From positions 576,001-640,000 of the forward strand of contig CAXXHO010000005.1 in NCBI GenBank assembly GCA_963667725.2: a stretch of DNA of 64,000 bases, given 5' to 3'. The stretch comes from Treponemataceae bacterium (GTDB taxonomy: Bacteria; Spirochaetota; Spirochaetia; Treponematales; Rectinemataceae). A program made the translations under genes and the position numbers. Under the pieces are notes generated by a model. The model was given only the letters and a program-made list of their open reading frames with translations. It searched no databases and had not been told where the DNA came from. Shown piece after piece: positions 30,130 to 41,755 of this stretch; the stretch's first letter is position 1, and each line of letters begins with the position of its first letter.

Positions 30130-31392
30130 TCAGATTCCGGGCGCGTTGGCCAGGAGATAGTCCTCCGCCGCCTTGCACCAGAGCCCGTCGTTCGCTTCCG
30201 TGATATCGGCAAGCGCCGCGTAGAATGCGTCAGTCTTCCCCCTTTCGCGGAAATCGGCGATGGCGACGAGGTCCAGCTTCTTGTGCGTGTAGATGAGCTT
30301 CTTCGCGCCGGGAATCTTGTCGAGACGAATCGTGGTGTCGGCCACGGCGTTGAGGCCGCCGATATGCGTGATCATCACTTCGGGCTTCAGCGTTCGCTTC
30401 GCCATCATCGACAGCGATTCCACGATGTCGTCAGTGTTCCCGCCCGAGGTTCCGACGAGATGGTGCGCCGCGTAGTGGACGTCGTAGAAATTGAACGAGG
30501 CGGAAAAAGCGGGGTCTGTAGGACCGGCGAAAAAGTTGAGGCAGCCGTCCTGACCCAGAAGCCTGTCGGCCAGTTCCACCACGGGCTTTACGGGAGCGAA
30601 GCAGAAGACATCGTCGAATTTCCTTCCGCCGTTGAGCGAGGTCAGATAAGCGACGGGATCGGCCATATCTTTCGTGTTGACGTAGCGCAGCGTTATGCCG
30701 TTGCGTTTGGCTTCCTCGACGGTGATGAGGGAGGCGGCGCGCTTGAGTCGCGCATCGTCGATATCGGTCGCCACGATGAGGCCTGGCTTGCGGTCGGCGT
30801 GGATGGCGTAATCGATGGCTCCCATGCCCATGGGACCGACCGACGCGAGGAGGGCTAGACTGCCGCCCGGCACTATTCCCATCTCATGTTCGTAGGAGCC
30901 CGCCTTCGTATGGTACTGAGCGTGGTAGGCGCCGACGATGCACGACATCGGCTCGGAGAGGGAGCCCATGAAAAACGCGTCCGCCTCGTAATCGAGGAGG
31001 CAGCCCATCTCCATCACTTCGTTCGGGATGATGATGTAGGTGGCGTCGCCGCCTATCCACCGATAGGAATAGCCGGGCGCCCAGAGCGTGCCCTCGTAAT
31101 TGAGGGCGGGCTGGATGGCGAATTTCTGGCCGGCGGCGAACTGGGAGGCCCATTTGGCGCCGACTTTCACCAGTCTGCCGCAGAATTCGTGCCCGATGAC
31201 AACGGGATTGGAGGCAAGGGGCGCCCTCACCCGCTTGTGCCCGTCGCCCTGCATCGCGAGCTTGTGGCTCGACATGCATATGGAGTCGGATATAACTTCG
31301 GCGAGGATTTCGTCGTCGCCCAGTTCCGGCAACTCGAGTTCCTCGAGCCTGAGATCGTCTATACCGTGGAGTCGCACCATTTTCGTTTTCAT
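30130..31392 (-). CDS. Zinc-binding dehydrogenase, L-sorbose-1-phosphate reductase (SorE)-like
   Basis: DSICMSS, IGHEFCG, IQPAL, LSEPMSC, GPMG, NFFAGP, GTSGGNTDD, THIGGL. Confidence 0.85.
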   Translation of the reverse strand: MKTKMVRLHGIDDLRLEELELPELGDDEILAEVISDSICMSSHKLAMQGDGHKRVRAPLASNPVVIGHEFCGRLVKVGAKWASQFAAGQKFAIQPALNYEGTLWAPGYSYRWIGGDATYIIIPNEVMEMGCLLDYEADAFFMGSLSEPMSCIVGAYHAQYHTKAGSYEHEMGIVPGGSLALLASVGPMGMGAIDYAIHADRKPGLIVATDIDDARLKRAASLITVEEAKRNGITLRYVNTKDMADPVAYLTSLNGGRKFDDVFCFAPVKPVVELADRLLGQDGCLNFFAGPTDPAFSASFNFYDVHYAAHHLVGTSGGNTDDIVESLSMMAKRTLKPEVMITHIGGLNAVADTTIRLDKIPGAKKLIYTHKKLDLVAIADFRERGKTDAFYAALADITEANDGLWCKAAEDYLLANAPGI

Positions 31393-31490
31393 CACAGTCT
31401 CCTTCCGTTCAAAATACTGATTCATCAGGGCTTGCGGCCACCTGGATCGGCTCAGGGCGCGCCGCATGACGCCGGGTCAGGACGCCGGGC

Positions 31491-32999
31491 TCATCGCTTT
31501 TCGGCGATCAGCCTCAGCCATTCCTTTTTATATGCCTCGAAGCCGCCGAGGTTTCGCATCGGCGGCGCCGGGATCCGCGCAATGGAAAAAAGCCCTGCCA
31601 AATCCGACGGACTTTTGCCCTCGAGAGCGGCGAGTCCCGTGAGCGCCGTTCCGAAGGAAGTCGCCTCGCTCATGTCCGTGAGAAAGAGGGGATTTTCGGG
31701 CAGCGCCGCGGCCAGGATGGCGTTGTATTCGGCATTGTTCCTGAACCCGCCCTCGGTGAAAATTTTCTGTCCCGGCGCGAGCCCCGCCCGCTCGAGCGCG
31801 ACGATGGTCTGCAGGGCGAGCGAAAGGTTGAGAACCGCTTCCGCCTTGACCGGATCGGCGAGAAAGGCCGGCTTCGCCCTACCCGCCTCGATGTCGGGAA
31901 GCCTGTAGCGGATTCCGCTCTCGACGGCCTGCGGTATGGATCCGGGAAACTGCCCCGATCCGGGCACGATTTCGGGGAGGATGAAGGACGAACATTCATC
32001 GACGATGCCCGCGTAAAGCGACGCGTCGCGGTTTTCCTGGACACGGTTTTCCTGGGCGCGGAAAAGGCCCGTCCAGACTTCGTATTCCTTGCCGCCGAGG
32101 AAAATCGCCGTCTTGACCGGCTTGTTGTAGGCGGAGCGGTTGAAGAAGACGACCTTGCCGATCTCCTCGGGGGCGAAGCCATAGTGTTCCTGCGGATGCA
32201 TGAGGACGCACCATGTGCCCGTGGAGTTCACGATGAACTCGGTCCCGAAACCCTTGACGAGATAGGGCAGGAGGGAGGCGTTCGAATCGTGGATGCCCAT
32301 GGTGACGATGGTCGATTCGGAGAGCCCCGTCTTCCGCGCTACTTCTGGAAGGACAGTGCCCAGCACTTCCCAGGAATTCCTGAGAGGGGAAGGAAGTTTC
32401 CCCTCCAGTCCGAGTTTCTCCGCGACGGAAGAATAGCCGCCTTTGTTCCAGTCGTAGAGGTAGGTGTGGCAGCCAATGTACGTTCCTTCGACGCCAGCCT
32501 TTCCCGTGAGCCTCATGCCCCAGTATTGGGGGTAAGGCAGAGCGAGCTCGGTCTTTTCGTACGCTTGGGGGTAGAGCTCCCTGGCGAGGAAAAGTCCCTT
32601 CGCCGGATTGATGAGGGCGGAGAGGTTAGGCGTTCCCGTGGCTGCCTGCAGCGCTTCGGGATCGCCGGCCATGGCGTAGAAACGGCGCTGGAAGGCTTCG
32701 CCAGGCTCGTGCGTGTAGAAGAGGCAGGGCAGGGCGGGCTCGCCTTGGGCGTCGACACAGACGAAGGTGGCGCCATGCGTGCAGACGGCGATCGCCGCGA
32801 TATCGAAGGTGCGCGAAAAAGCTTTCAGGACGGAAAAAAACCACGATTCCATGCCTTCGAGATCGTGGGATTCGATGCCGCCTGCGATGAGAGGTTCGAA
32901 GCATTTCTTTTCTATGGCCAGGAGCTCGAGGCGAAGACTGTATATCGCCACTTTCTTGTTCGTCATCCCGATATCGATGACGGCTAACGCTTTTTCCAT
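31491..32999 (-). CDS. FGGY-family carbohydrate kinase
   Basis: IDIGMTNKK, THGA, GCHTYL, GIHDSNASL, STGTW, EGGF. Confidence 0.88.
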   Translation of the reverse strand: MEKALAVIDIGMTNKKVAIYSLRLELLAIEKKCFEPLIAGGIESHDLEGMESWFFSVLKAFSRTFDIAAIAVCTHGATFVCVDAQGEPALPCLFYTHEPGEAFQRRFYAMAGDPEALQAATGTPNLSALINPAKGLFLARELYPQAYEKTELALPYPQYWGMRLTGKAGVEGTYIGCHTYLYDWNKGGYSSVAEKLGLEGKLPSPLRNSWEVLGTVLPEVARKTGLSESTIVTMGIHDSNASLLPYLVKGFGTEFIVNSTGTWCVLMHPQEHYGFAPEEIGKVVFFNRSAYNKPVKTAIFLGGKEYEVWTGLFRAQENRVQENRDASLYAGIVDECSSFILPEIVPGSGQFPGSIPQAVESGIRYRLPDIEAGRAKPAFLADPVKAEAVLNLSLALQTIVALERAGLAPGQKIFTEGGFRNNAEYNAILAAALPENPLFLTDMSEATSFGTALTGLAALEGKSPSDLAGLFSIARIPAPPMRNLGGFEAYKKEWLRLIAEKR

Positions 33000-33028
33000 G
33001 ATGCCTCCGTTGCCGCGCCGGCCGCGCT

Positions 33029-34246
33029 TCAGTTGAGCATTACCTGGCCGCCGGTCACGGGCAATGCCTGGCCGGTTTCGTATTCCTGCTCCACGAGATA
33101 GTAAATGGCGCGCATAACGTCGGCGCCGGTGGTTCCGCGACCCATCGGAACCTTCGCTTCGTAGTAGGCTTTGACGTCGGCTATAGTTTTCGCGCCCGGA
33201 ACCTTGCCCGATTGGAGGTACTGGACGAAGAGACCCTTGACCGGATCGGACCAGAGGGGACCATCGAAGAAATTGCCCGGACAGATGGCGTTCACCTTGA
33301 TGCCGTACTGGACGAATTCGAGGGCGAAGCTCTGGATGAGTCCGATGGAACCGAATTTGGAGCCCGCGTAGGCGCCGTTCTTGTTGGAGCCCTGGAGACC
33401 CGATTTAGAGTTGATCTGGACAATGTCCGTCATCCAGCGGGGAGCAGCGCGCCACTGGCGGCGCAGGAGGCGGCCTCCGTGCTTAGCCATGAAGAAGAAG
33501 CCCGTGTAGTTGACGTCCGTGACGAAGCGGAAACTTTTTTCGTCCTGATCCAAGACGGAAGAGGCTTTTAGGACGCCGGCGTTCGAGACGATGAGGTCGA
33601 GGCCGCCGGTAGCGGCGGCTATCGTGTCGAACATGGCGGCGACCGAAGCTTCGTCGGTGACGTTGACGCCTACAGCCGAGGTCCTGGCTGAGCCGGCCGC
33701 GGCGTTCAGCTCATCCGAAAGGCTGGCGGCGCCCGGAAGATTGAGGTCGGCGATGAAGACATAGGCGCCGGAAGCCGCGAGGCCGCGGACGATTTCGGCG
33801 CCGAAGCCTTGGGCCCCGCCCGTGACGAGGGCGACCTTGCCCGCGACGACGGCGGCGCGGCCGAGGGCGGAATTGGCGGCGGCATCCGGCGCGGCGGCTT
33901 GGGAGGTCGCGCGGCCCGACGAAGCGGCGCCCGCGACCCCGGCGAGAGTAGTCGCTTCGAAAGAAAAAGCGTCATCGCCCAACTTTACCTCGACGATGGC
34001 CGGCAAGGATAGGCTCCGGCCGGCCGTCGCCTGGCCGAACGCGCGGGCGAGTTCGGCGGCGGCTTTCGCCTCGTCGAGAGCGCCGTCGGCGCCGAGGCAG
34101 GCCGGCGAGAGGTTCAGGACGATGGGCGATACGCCGCTTTTCTCTCTCGTCGATCGGGCGGGCGCGATGACGAGAGGAAGTCCCGTCGCGTCGAGAAAAA
34201 GACCCCTGACGAGGGGCGCGATAATAACGTTATTCGATGCGGTCAT
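33029..34246 (-). CDS. SDR oxidoreductase, sorbitol-6-phosphate 2-dehydrogenase-like, with N-terminal extension
   Basis: TGGAQGFG, SNAG, INSKSG, YAGSK, CPGNFFDGPLW, TGQALPVTGGQVM. Confidence 0.85.
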   Translation of the reverse strand: MTASNNVIIAPLVRGLFLDATGLPLVIAPARSTREKSGVSPIVLNLSPACLGADGALDEAKAAAELARAFGQATAGRSLSLPAIVEVKLGDDAFSFEATTLAGVAGAASSGRATSQAAAPDAAANSALGRAAVVAGKVALVTGGAQGFGAEIVRGLAASGAYVFIADLNLPGAASLSDELNAAAGSARTSAVGVNVTDEASVAAMFDTIAAATGGLDLIVSNAGVLKASSVLDQDEKSFRFVTDVNYTGFFFMAKHGGRLLRRQWRAAPRWMTDIVQINSKSGLQGSNKNGAYAGSKFGSIGLIQSFALEFVQYGIKVNAICPGNFFDGPLWSDPVKGLFVQYLQSGKVPGAKTIADVKAYYEAKVPMGRGTTGADVMRAIYYLVEQEYETGQALPVTGGQVMLN

Positions 34247-35616
34247 GGTTCATACCTGCCTTTGAGGAAGGATTCGGCCACCGAGACGGCGGGGATGCCG
34301 GAGCGGCCTATGTCCCGGCCGGCCTTGGCGTAGAGGGCGATTCTTTCATCGAGGCCGGAAGCCGCGTAGGGATTGCCGGCGGCGAAGAGGCCCAACGAAG
34401 GATCGACGGCGGCGAGGGCTTCATGGGCTACCATGGCCCAGGTCGAGAAGTTGAGATGGGCGAATTCGGGCAGCCGCAGCTCGGGGCAGTTGAATGACTG
34501 CCGGGGCTGGTTGATGTCCACGCCCGATATTTCCATGAAACCAAACTCGCGGCAAAGGCTCCTGACGCGGGCCAGCTGCGCGGAACTGTTGCGCGGCGGC
34601 ATGTAGGTTATGGCCAGAAAACCGATCTTCTTGAGCTCGGCGAATAGTTCGGGCAGGAAATCGTCCTCGAATTTTTCGGCCTTCTTGTCGCCCGTCGGAG
34701 ACTCGCCGACGTCGCCCAGGTAGGCGTAGGCGGGGATGGCTCCAATGGACTTCGCGAATTCGACGGCCGTTTTGGCGTCGACGCATTCGTCCGTGGGCTG
34801 GATGAAGAAGCTGGGGAGATACTCGGCCTTGAGGATGCCGAGAAGATCGTACATGAGATAGGGGTTCGCCGCGTCTGATAGAGCGGCGCGAACCTTCGGT
34901 TTCAGAGCGAGGCCGAGTTTTGTCTCAAGGCCGGCGACGAGGCCTTCGCCGCGGTCAAATCCAGCGATGAGCGCTTCAGCCATGGCGGCAAGGAGATGGC
35001 GCTCGGTGACGGTCCCGCCTTCGGCGAACTTGGAGCGTCCCAGCACGTCGCGATCGAAATCGAAGGGATTGAGGCCGGCCGATACGAGAATGGCGTTGGC
35101 GCGCTCGGCCATCGCGGCCGTGCGGGCAAGGCGCCTTTTCCGTATGGGTTCGAGGAACTCGGCGACGCGGTGAGCGGCCTGGGCGGGCACGCCCTGGACA
35201 GTCATGTAGACGATGCCGGCGGAATCGGGGTTGTTTATCTTACGGCCCGCGAAGAAATCGGGAGCCCCTCCCCGGCCGCGTTCGGATTCGGCGTGCATGA
35301 AGACGCGAATCTCGAAGCCCGTCACCGAACCCATGCCGAGAATGGCGCAGGCTTCCCGCATTTCCGCGGCGCCCGCGAGGGAGTCGTGATCCACGGAGCC
35401 CGCCACGGAAAGCCCTGATTTCCAGGCGCCGAGAGCGGCGGCCGCGGGCGTGTAGGGACTGAAGCTGTAGATAGTGTGTATGTGATTATTCGACTCTTCG
35501 GCGACGACGTTGCGCGGCGCGGCGGCGGCAGCCGCCGCGGAAGCCGCGAATGCCCTCAGCGCCTTAAGGCGCCGTCCGGGGCTGGCTCCGGAATCGTTGA
35601 TGTCGCCGTTCATCAA
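34243..35616 (-). CDS. PHP-domain protein (putative phosphoesterase)
   Basis: [15 protein letters not shown] metal motifs; overlaps both neighbours by 4 nt. Confidence 0.78.
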   Translation of the reverse strand: MMNGDINDSGASPGRRLKALRAFAASAAAAAAAPRNVVAEESNNHIHTIYSFSPYTPAAAALGAWKSGLSVAGSVDHDSLAGAAEMREACAILGMGSVTGFEIRVFMHAESERGRGGAPDFFAGRKINNPDSAGIVYMTVQGVPAQAAHRVAEFLEPIRKRRLARTAAMAERANAILVSAGLNPFDFDRDVLGRSKFAEGGTVTERHLLAAMAEALIAGFDRGEGLVAGLETKLGLALKPKVRAALSDAANPYLMYDLLGILKAEYLPSFFIQPTDECVDAKTAVEFAKSIGAIPAYAYLGDVGESPTGDKKAEKFEDDFLPELFAELKKIGFLAITYMPPRNSSAQLARVRSLCREFGFMEISGVDINQPRQSFNCPELRLPEFAHLNFSTWAMVAHEALAAVDPSLGLFAAGNPYAASGLDERIALYAKAGRDIGRSGIPAVSVAESFLKGRYEP

Positions 35617-38069
35617 ACGCCGAGGCGCGCCCTGCGCGCGAGTTCGCCATTCGTCTGCACCGTCGTGACCACATGATCCTTCAGAGGAAGGATCCGCTCG
35701 TGGATAGTGTCAAGGATCCATTCCTTCTGCGGGAAGAAAAGCGCTTCCTGCTCGGCCGCGGGCGTGATCCAGTTCCTCGAACCGACGACCGCGACGGGGG
35801 CGTCGAGGTAATCGAAGGCGAGGGTCTGCACGTTGGACGCCACCGTGTGGAGGAAGGAGCCTCTCTCGACGGCGTCGGAAGCGAGGATAAGCCTTCCTGT
35901 CTTCTTCACCGATTCGACGATGACGCTGTAGTTCAAGGGAGCGACGAAGCGAAGGTCGATGACCTCGGCGGAGAGCCCGTATTTTTCCTCGAGCGTCTTC
36001 GCGACCTCCATGGCGCGGTATAAAGTGGCGCCCAACGTCACGATCGTGATGTCCTTGCCCTGCTTTCTGACCGCCGGCTCGCCCTCGGGGATTTCATAAT
36101 AGCCTTCCGGCACGCCGTTGGGCTCGAACTGCTCGCCGATATCATAGAGAAGCTGGCTTTCAAAGAAAATGACGGGATCAGTGCCGCGCAACGCGAGATT
36201 CATCATGCCCTTGGCGTCGTAGGGTGTCGAGGGGAAGTAAGCCTTGAGCCCGGGGATGTGGGCCACGAGGGCGGCCCAGTCCTGGCTGTGCTGGGCGCCG
36301 TACTTGTTGCCGACGGAGACGCGCACGGTGAGGGGCATCTTGAGAATGCCCGCCGACATAGACTGCCACTTGGCGACCTGGTTGAAGATTTCGTCGCCGG
36401 CGCGGCCGAGGAAGTCGCAGTACATGAGCTCAACGATGGCGCGCCCGCCCGAAAGCGCGTAACCCACGCCGGCGCCTACGATGGCGCCCTCGGAAATGGA
36501 GGAATTGAAGAGCCTGTTGTAGGGAAGCGCCTCGGTGAGGCCGCGGTAGACGGCGAAGGCGCCGCCCCAATCGCGGTTTTCCTCGCCCCAGGCCGCGAGG
36601 GTGGGATCGATGGCGAAGCGATGCGCGATGGCTTCGAAGAGAGCGTCGCGATACTGGTACATCTTGTTCTTGGAGACAGGCTTGCCCTCGGCGTCGGTGG
36701 CCTTGCGGATTTTTCCAGCGATGGATTTCACGCGGGCATTCTCCGAGAGGGGCTGGAGGAACTCGGGCTCCCTTGAGTCGAACTTCTCGACCTTCTGGTT
36801 CGAGAACATCACGGATTCGATGAAGGCGCCGTCCACGCGCGGGCACTCGGCCTCGTTCGTGGAAAGCTTCAGGACGGCTGTCAATTTTTCATCGACGGCG
36901 GCGCGCAACGTCTCGACGTCGGATTTCGACATCACCTTGTTCTTGACGAGGTAGGCGGAGAAGTCCTCGATGGAGTCGTTCTTCTGCCAGAGCTCGACTT
37001 CGTCCTTCGTCCTGTAGCTGGAGGCGTCGGAGGGCGAGTGGCCGGAAATCCGGTAGGTTATGGTGTCAAGGAGGACGGGGCCGCGTCCTTCGAGAAGAAT
37101 CTTTTTTTTGCGGGCGACGGCGTCGGCCACCGCGAGCGGATCGTAGCCGTCGACGCGCTCGGAGTGCATGGCGTCGGCGTTGACGCCCGCGCCAACCCTC
37201 GCGAGGACGCCGTAGCCCATGGTTTCGCCCAGGGTCTGACCGCCCATGCCGTAGAAGTTGTTGAAGAAATTGAAGAGGATGGGAGGAGCACCGCCGGCCG
37301 ATTCGGGCCAGAGGGTCTTGTACTGGTCCATGGAGGCGAGGGTCATGGCTTCCCATACGGGACCGCAGCCCATGGAAGCGTCGCCGATGTTCGAGACGAC
37401 GATGCCCGGTTTCTTGTTGATGCGCTTGTAGAGCGCGGAACCCGTCGCGATGTCGGCCGATCCGCCGACGATCGCGTTGTTCGGCATCGATCCGAAAGGC
37501 GCGAAGAAAGCGTGCATCGAGCCGCCCAGACCTCTCGTGAAGCCCGACTTGCGCGCGAAGATCTCGGCCATCGTGCCGAAGAGGATGAAGTTTTCGGCGA
37601 GGGAGGCGAGGTTGCCATAGGAAATGCGTTCGGCGAATCGGAGGGTCTCGCCGTCCAGGAATCCCTTCATGATGGATTCGAGGGATTTGGGATCGAGCTT
37701 GCGCGCCGCCGAAAAACATTTGGCGAGGATTTCGCCGTGGCTGCGGTGCGACCCGAAGATGAAGTCGTCCGGGTCGAGGGCGGCGGCCTGACCTACGGAG
37801 GCGGCTTCCTGTCCCATTGAAAGATGGGCGGGACCTTTATGGTTGTACTCGACGCCGTTCCAGGCTCCGGTCGTCTTGATCGAATTGAGCATGGACTCGA
37901 ACTCCCTGATCGCGATCATGTCGTGGAGCATGGCGACGAGCCCGTCCTTTCCATAGGTCGCGATTTCGGTGGAAAAATTGCGCTTGTACTGGTTCATAGG
38001 AATCGAAGGGATTTTGAGGACTCCGCTTTTCCGCAGGTCCGCGGGATCTACTGTCATGGATTTAGGCAT
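35613..38069 (-). CDS. 2-oxoacid/acetoin dehydrogenase E1, fused alpha+beta
   Basis: [21 protein letters not shown]...NN TPP motif, YRISGHS; beta part ISEGAI, ELMYCDF, GAQHSQ, EVIDLR. Confidence 0.92.
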   Translation of the reverse strand: MPKSMTVDPADLRKSGVLKIPSIPMNQYKRNFSTEIATYGKDGLVAMLHDMIAIREFESMLNSIKTTGAWNGVEYNHKGPAHLSMGQEAASVGQAAALDPDDFIFGSHRSHGEILAKCFSAARKLDPKSLESIMKGFLDGETLRFAERISYGNLASLAENFILFGTMAEIFARKSGFTRGLGGSMHAFFAPFGSMPNNAIVGGSADIATGSALYKRINKKPGIVVSNIGDASMGCGPVWEAMTLASMDQYKTLWPESAGGAPPILFNFFNNFYGMGGQTLGETMGYGVLARVGAGVNADAMHSERVDGYDPLAVADAVARKKKILLEGRGPVLLDTITYRISGHSPSDASSYRTKDEVELWQKNDSIEDFSAYLVKNKVMSKSDVETLRAAVDEKLTAVLKLSTNEAECPRVDGAFIESVMFSNQKVEKFDSREPEFLQPLSENARVKSIAGKIRKATDAEGKPVSKNKMYQYRDALFEAIAHRFAIDPTLAAWGEENRDWGGAFAVYRGLTEALPYNRLFNSSISEGAIVGAGVGYALSGGRAIVELMYCDFLGRAGDEIFNQVAKWQSMSAGILKMPLTVRVSVGNKYGAQHSQDWAALVAHIPGLKAYFPSTPYDAKGMMNLALRGTDPVIFFESQLLYDIGEQFEPNGVPEGYYEIPEGEPAVRKQGKDITIVTLGATLYRAMEVAKTLEEKYGLSAEVIDLRFVAPLNYSVIVESVKKTGRLILASDAVERGSFLHTVASNVQTLAFDYLDAPVAVVGSRNWITPAAEQEALFFPQKEWILDTIHERILPLKDHVVTTVQTNGELARRARLGV

Positions 38070-38080
38070 GGTTTGTCTCC

Positions 38081-39472
38081 TTATTTCATGGCCCAGGCGG
38101 CTTCGCGGATCGCTTCGGAAACCGTGGGATGGGGGAATACGAGCTGACGCAGGTCGCCAGCGGTCAATTCATTTTCTATGACGGCCGAGGCTCCCCAGAT
38201 CGTCTCTGAGGCGTAGGCGCCGACGATATGGACACCGAGGATCTTCCCCGTCCGGGCGTCGGCGACGAGCTTGGCTGTGCCGGGGGCGGCAAAGCCGTTC
38301 TCGGCGACGAAGCGCCCCGAGACGCGCAGGGGGACGGAGGATGTGACGACCGCAAGACCACGGCGCTCGGCTTCCTGCTGGGTGAGGCCGATGCCGGCCG
38401 CTTCGGGCATCGAATAGACGGCCCAGGGAACGGCGTCCCAGCGCATCGTCTCGCCTGAGCGCGCGGCTTCCTCGCCGCGGAGGATGTTAGCGCTGGCGAT
38501 TTCGGCCATGCGGTAGGCCGTGTGCGCGAGGAGGCTTCGGCCGGTGACATCGCCGACGGCCCATACCTTCGGCAGGTTGGTGCGCATCCTGTCGTCCACG
38601 ACGACGCCCTTGGGCGAGACGTCGAGACCGGCTTCCTTGGCTCCCCAGCCTTCGACGCTAGGCTTTCGGCCGACGGCCATGAGGACGAGATCGGCCTCCA
38701 CAACGGCTTCAGCCGAGGCTGAAGCCGAGGCTTCGCTTCCGTCTTTCTTTCTATAGAAGACCGTCGCGCCTTCGATTTTTTCGACCTTGCAGCCGAGGTT
38801 GAAGGCGACGCTCTTCATGCCGCGGCGGAGGATGGGCGCCGCTTCCCTGTCCATGAAGGGTACGATCTCGTCGAGCATTTCGACGACCTCGACCTTCGAG
38901 CCAAGGGCTGAGAAGAGGCTGGCGAACTCGACGCCGATGACACCGCCACCGATGACGCAGAGACGCGCGGGCACTTCGGGGACAGAGAGAAGGCCGGTGG
39001 AATCCACGACGAGGGGGTTGCCCCGGCACCCGGGGATGGGCGGCATGACGGGAACAGAGCCCGTCGCGAGGATAATATGTTCAGTTTCGTATATTTTTTC
39101 GCCGATCTGGACCCTGCCCGAACCGACGAGGCGAGCTTCCGCCTTCACGACCTCGACGCCAAGCTTCTTCTCGGTGAGGCCGATGGCGCCTACGAGCTTC
39201 GTGACAACCTCGGTCTTCCATGCCTGCATGGCCTTCCAGTCGTAGCGAACGCTTTCGGCCGAGACGCCGAATTTGGCGCCCTCGAGAGCGTGGACGTAGA
39301 GTTTGGCCGAATTAAGGAGGGTCTTCGTGGGGATGCAGCCGACGTTGAGGCAGGTGCCCCCGAGGACGTCTTTCTCCGCAAGGAGGACTTTTTTCCCTTC
39401 GTGCGCCAGGCGTTCAGCGGCGAGGTAGCCGCCGGGTCCGCCGCCGATGACGATGATGTCGAAATCTTTCAT
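38081..39472 (-). CDS. lpdA: Dihydrolipoamide dehydrogenase (E3)
   Basis: [34 protein letters not shown]. Confidence 0.95.
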   Translation of the reverse strand: MKDFDIIVIGGGPGGYLAAERLAHEGKKVLLAEKDVLGGTCLNVGCIPTKTLLNSAKLYVHALEGAKFGVSAESVRYDWKAMQAWKTEVVTKLVGAIGLTEKKLGVEVVKAEARLVGSGRVQIGEKIYETEHIILATGSVPVMPPIPGCRGNPLVVDSTGLLSVPEVPARLCVIGGGVIGVEFASLFSALGSKVEVVEMLDEIVPFMDREAAPILRRGMKSVAFNLGCKVEKIEGATVFYRKKDGSEASASASAEAVVEADLVLMAVGRKPSVEGWGAKEAGLDVSPKGVVVDDRMRTNLPKVWAVGDVTGRSLLAHTAYRMAEIASANILRGEEAARSGETMRWDAVPWAVYSMPEAAGIGLTQQEAERRGLAVVTSSVPLRVSGRFVAENGFAAPGTAKLVADARTGKILGVHIVGAYASETIWGASAVIENELTAGDLRQLVFPHPTVSEAIREAAWAMK

Positions 39473-39488
39473 TTGTTCCTACCCTTGC

Positions 39489-40970
39489 TCACATGAGAGC
39501 GGCGAGCATGACGATGTCGATGTTCGCGATATAGTCGGCGAGATCCTTCAGGTAGCGCGCGGCGTCGGCGCCGTCCACGATCCTGTGGTCCACGGTGAGG
39601 GAGAACCCGATGCGCATTTCGACGCCCGGTTTGCCATCGGGGCCGATGGTCGCGCGCGGCGCGATGTTGTCCACTCCTAGGATGCCGGTTTCGGGCTCGT
39701 TCAGTATGGGGGTGAAGCTCTCGATGCCGAAGGCGCCGAGGTTCGTCACCGTGAAGGTGGAGCCCGAAAGCAGGTCGGGGTTGGGCGAACCGTCGACGCA
39801 GGACTTGGCGAGGAGCTTCGACTGTTCGGAGAACTGGCGCAGGGAAAGCGAGCGAGCGTCCCTGATGACGGGGACCATGAGGCCGCGCGGCGTGTCCACG
39901 GCGAGGCCGAGGTGGACCAGCTCGTAGCTGCGCACGACACCGTCCACGACGTGGGCATTGAGTTTCGGATACTTGGCCAGGACGCGCGTGGCGGCGAAGG
40001 CCACCATGTCGCCGATGGTTATGCCCGAGAGGCCGAGCGCGGGATCGGAACTCTTGAGGCGGCCGCGCATGGAGAGAAGTTTGTCCGCGGGCGCGCTCGC
40101 GTTGAAGGTGAGCTGGGCGCTGGCCTGGAGGGAATGCATCATGCGGTCCGCGATGATCTTGCGGATGCTCTTGATGGGCGTGTCGGCGTAAGGGCCGGGG
40201 AAGGCAGCTTCGGCGGACGGCGCTTGGGGCGCGGTTTGCGCTTGGGGCGCGGCCGCCTGTGCCACCTGCGCTGTCTGGGAAACGGCGATGTCGGCGAGGG
40301 TCGCCCTGCCACCCAGTCCGGAGCCGGTCTTGGCGGCTTCATAGAGGCCGCGGAGAACGGAGATATCCCGCGTCGCCTCGGTCCGGGCGGCGGCCGTGAG
40401 GCCGGGCCCGGCGGCCACCACTGCTTCCACATCGCGTTCGATGACGCGTCCGCCGGGCCCGCTGCCGGCGCCAATCGCTTCGAGGACGACTCCCGCCGCA
40501 CGCGCCGCGGCCTTGGCGCGCGGGCTGGCTGCCGCGTGGCCCCCCACCGTAACGGGTTGGGCCGCCGTAGCCGCCGTCGGAGCAGCCATCGGAGCCGCAT
40601 TCGCTCCCGGCGCGGCCTTCCCAGCCGCCGTCGGAGCCTCGGCCTTCCCTGCCGCCGCCTCCGGAGCAGTCGCTGTCGGAGCCGCCGCCGGCGCGGCGCC
40701 GGCCACTCCCGCTATACCTTCGAACGATTCGCCGGCGGCGCCTATCACGGCGATGGGCTCGAGAACGGGCACGTCGTCGCCTTCGTTCCGGAGCCGCCGC
40801 AGCAGCAGGCCCTCCACGCCGGAGGGGACATCCATCGTGGCCTTGTCGGTCTCTATCTCGCAGAGGATGGTGTCGGCCTTGACAGCCTGTCCTTCCGTAA
40901 CATTCCACTTGACGATGATGCATGATTCCACGGTATTGCCGAGCTTCGGCATTACCACCACATGAGCCAT
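39489..40970 (-). CDS. Dihydrolipoamide acyltransferase (E2)
   Basis: Lipoyl ETDKA, Ala/Pro linker, GSGPGGRV binding domain, TFTVTNLG, DHRIVDGA. Confidence 0.95.
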   Translation of the reverse strand: MAHVVVMPKLGNTVESCIIVKWNVTEGQAVKADTILCEIETDKATMDVPSGVEGLLLRRLRNEGDDVPVLEPIAVIGAAGESFEGIAGVAGAAPAAAPTATAPEAAAGKAEAPTAAGKAAPGANAAPMAAPTAATAAQPVTVGGHAAASPRAKAAARAAGVVLEAIGAGSGPGGRVIERDVEAVVAAGPGLTAAARTEATRDISVLRGLYEAAKTGSGLGGRATLADIAVSQTAQVAQAAAPQAQTAPQAPSAEAAFPGPYADTPIKSIRKIIADRMMHSLQASAQLTFNASAPADKLLSMRGRLKSSDPALGLSGITIGDMVAFAATRVLAKYPKLNAHVVDGVVRSYELVHLGLAVDTPRGLMVPVIRDARSLSLRQFSEQSKLLAKSCVDGSPNPDLLSGSTFTVTNLGAFGIESFTPILNEPETGILGVDNIAPRATIGPDGKPGVEMRIGFSLTVDHRIVDGADAARYLKDLADYIANIDIVMLAALM

Positions 40971-40979
40971 AGTGCCTCC

Positions 40980-41735
40980 CTAGACTACGCGCAGGTCGAG
41001 CGCGTTCTCTTTCATCGCCGCGAGGGCGTCTTTGTCTATATTCGAATCAGTGATGATGCCGTCCACCTCCGAGAGGGAGAGAACGTTCACGAACCCCGAT
41101 TTTCCGTACTTGGACGAATCGGCCACCAGCCAGGTCTCTTGGGCCCTGTTCCTCATCGCCTTGACGATCACCGAACCCTCCACGAGCTGGGTCGTCATCC
41201 CCCGGTCGACGCTGAAACCGTCGGTGCCGACGAAGGCGAGCCGCACGTTGAACTCATTGATGGCCTTGAGCGCCACAGGCCCCACGAGGGACTCGGTCTC
41301 CTTCATGAAGACGCCGCCGGTGAGGATGATATTGAGCGAAGGGTTGAGCCGGGCGTAGGAGAAGACGAGGGTGGAGTTGGTGACGATCTGGACGCCCCGC
41401 CTTCCGGTCAGGTAACGCACGATGAGGGCTGTCGTCGTGCCCGCCTCTATCATGATCCTGTCGTCGTCGTGTACGAACTCCGCGGCGGCGCGGGCAATCC
41501 TGTTCTTCTCCTCCACGTTGAGGCGCTGACGGTCGATGATGTCTTTATAGAAAGCCGGATAGGCGCCGCCGCGGGTTCTGTTGACGAAGCCTTTTTCTTC
41601 CAGGTTCTTGAGGTCGGAACGGATGGTGACGGCGGAGACATTGAGTTCGCGGGCGAGGTCGGCCACCGAAAGGGAACCCTCCTCAGCCATCTTGTCGAGT
41701 ATGAACGATTCGCGCTCGTTCAGATCGAAATTCAT
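40980..41735 (-). CDS. DeoR/GlpR-family transcriptional regulator
   Basis: VSAVTIRSDL, RTRGGA, EKNRIA, AGTTT, VTNS, ADSSK. Confidence 0.95.
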   Translation of the reverse strand: MNFDLNERESFILDKMAEEGSLSVADLARELNVSAVTIRSDLKNLEEKGFVNRTRGGAYPAFYKDIIDRQRLNVEEKNRIARAAAEFVHDDDRIMIEAGTTTALIVRYLTGRRGVQIVTNSTLVFSYARLNPSLNIILTGGVFMKETESLVGPVALKAINEFNVRLAFVGTDGFSVDRGMTTQLVEGSVIVKAMRNRAQETWLVADSSKYGKSGFVNVLSLSEVDGIITDSNIDKDALAAMKENALDLRVV

Positions 41736-41755
41736 CGGCGCCTCCGCAACGCTTA

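Noticed and set aside
40200..40720. Ala/Pro-rich repeats in E2
   Set aside because: Normal flexible linkers of dihydrolipoamide acyltransferases
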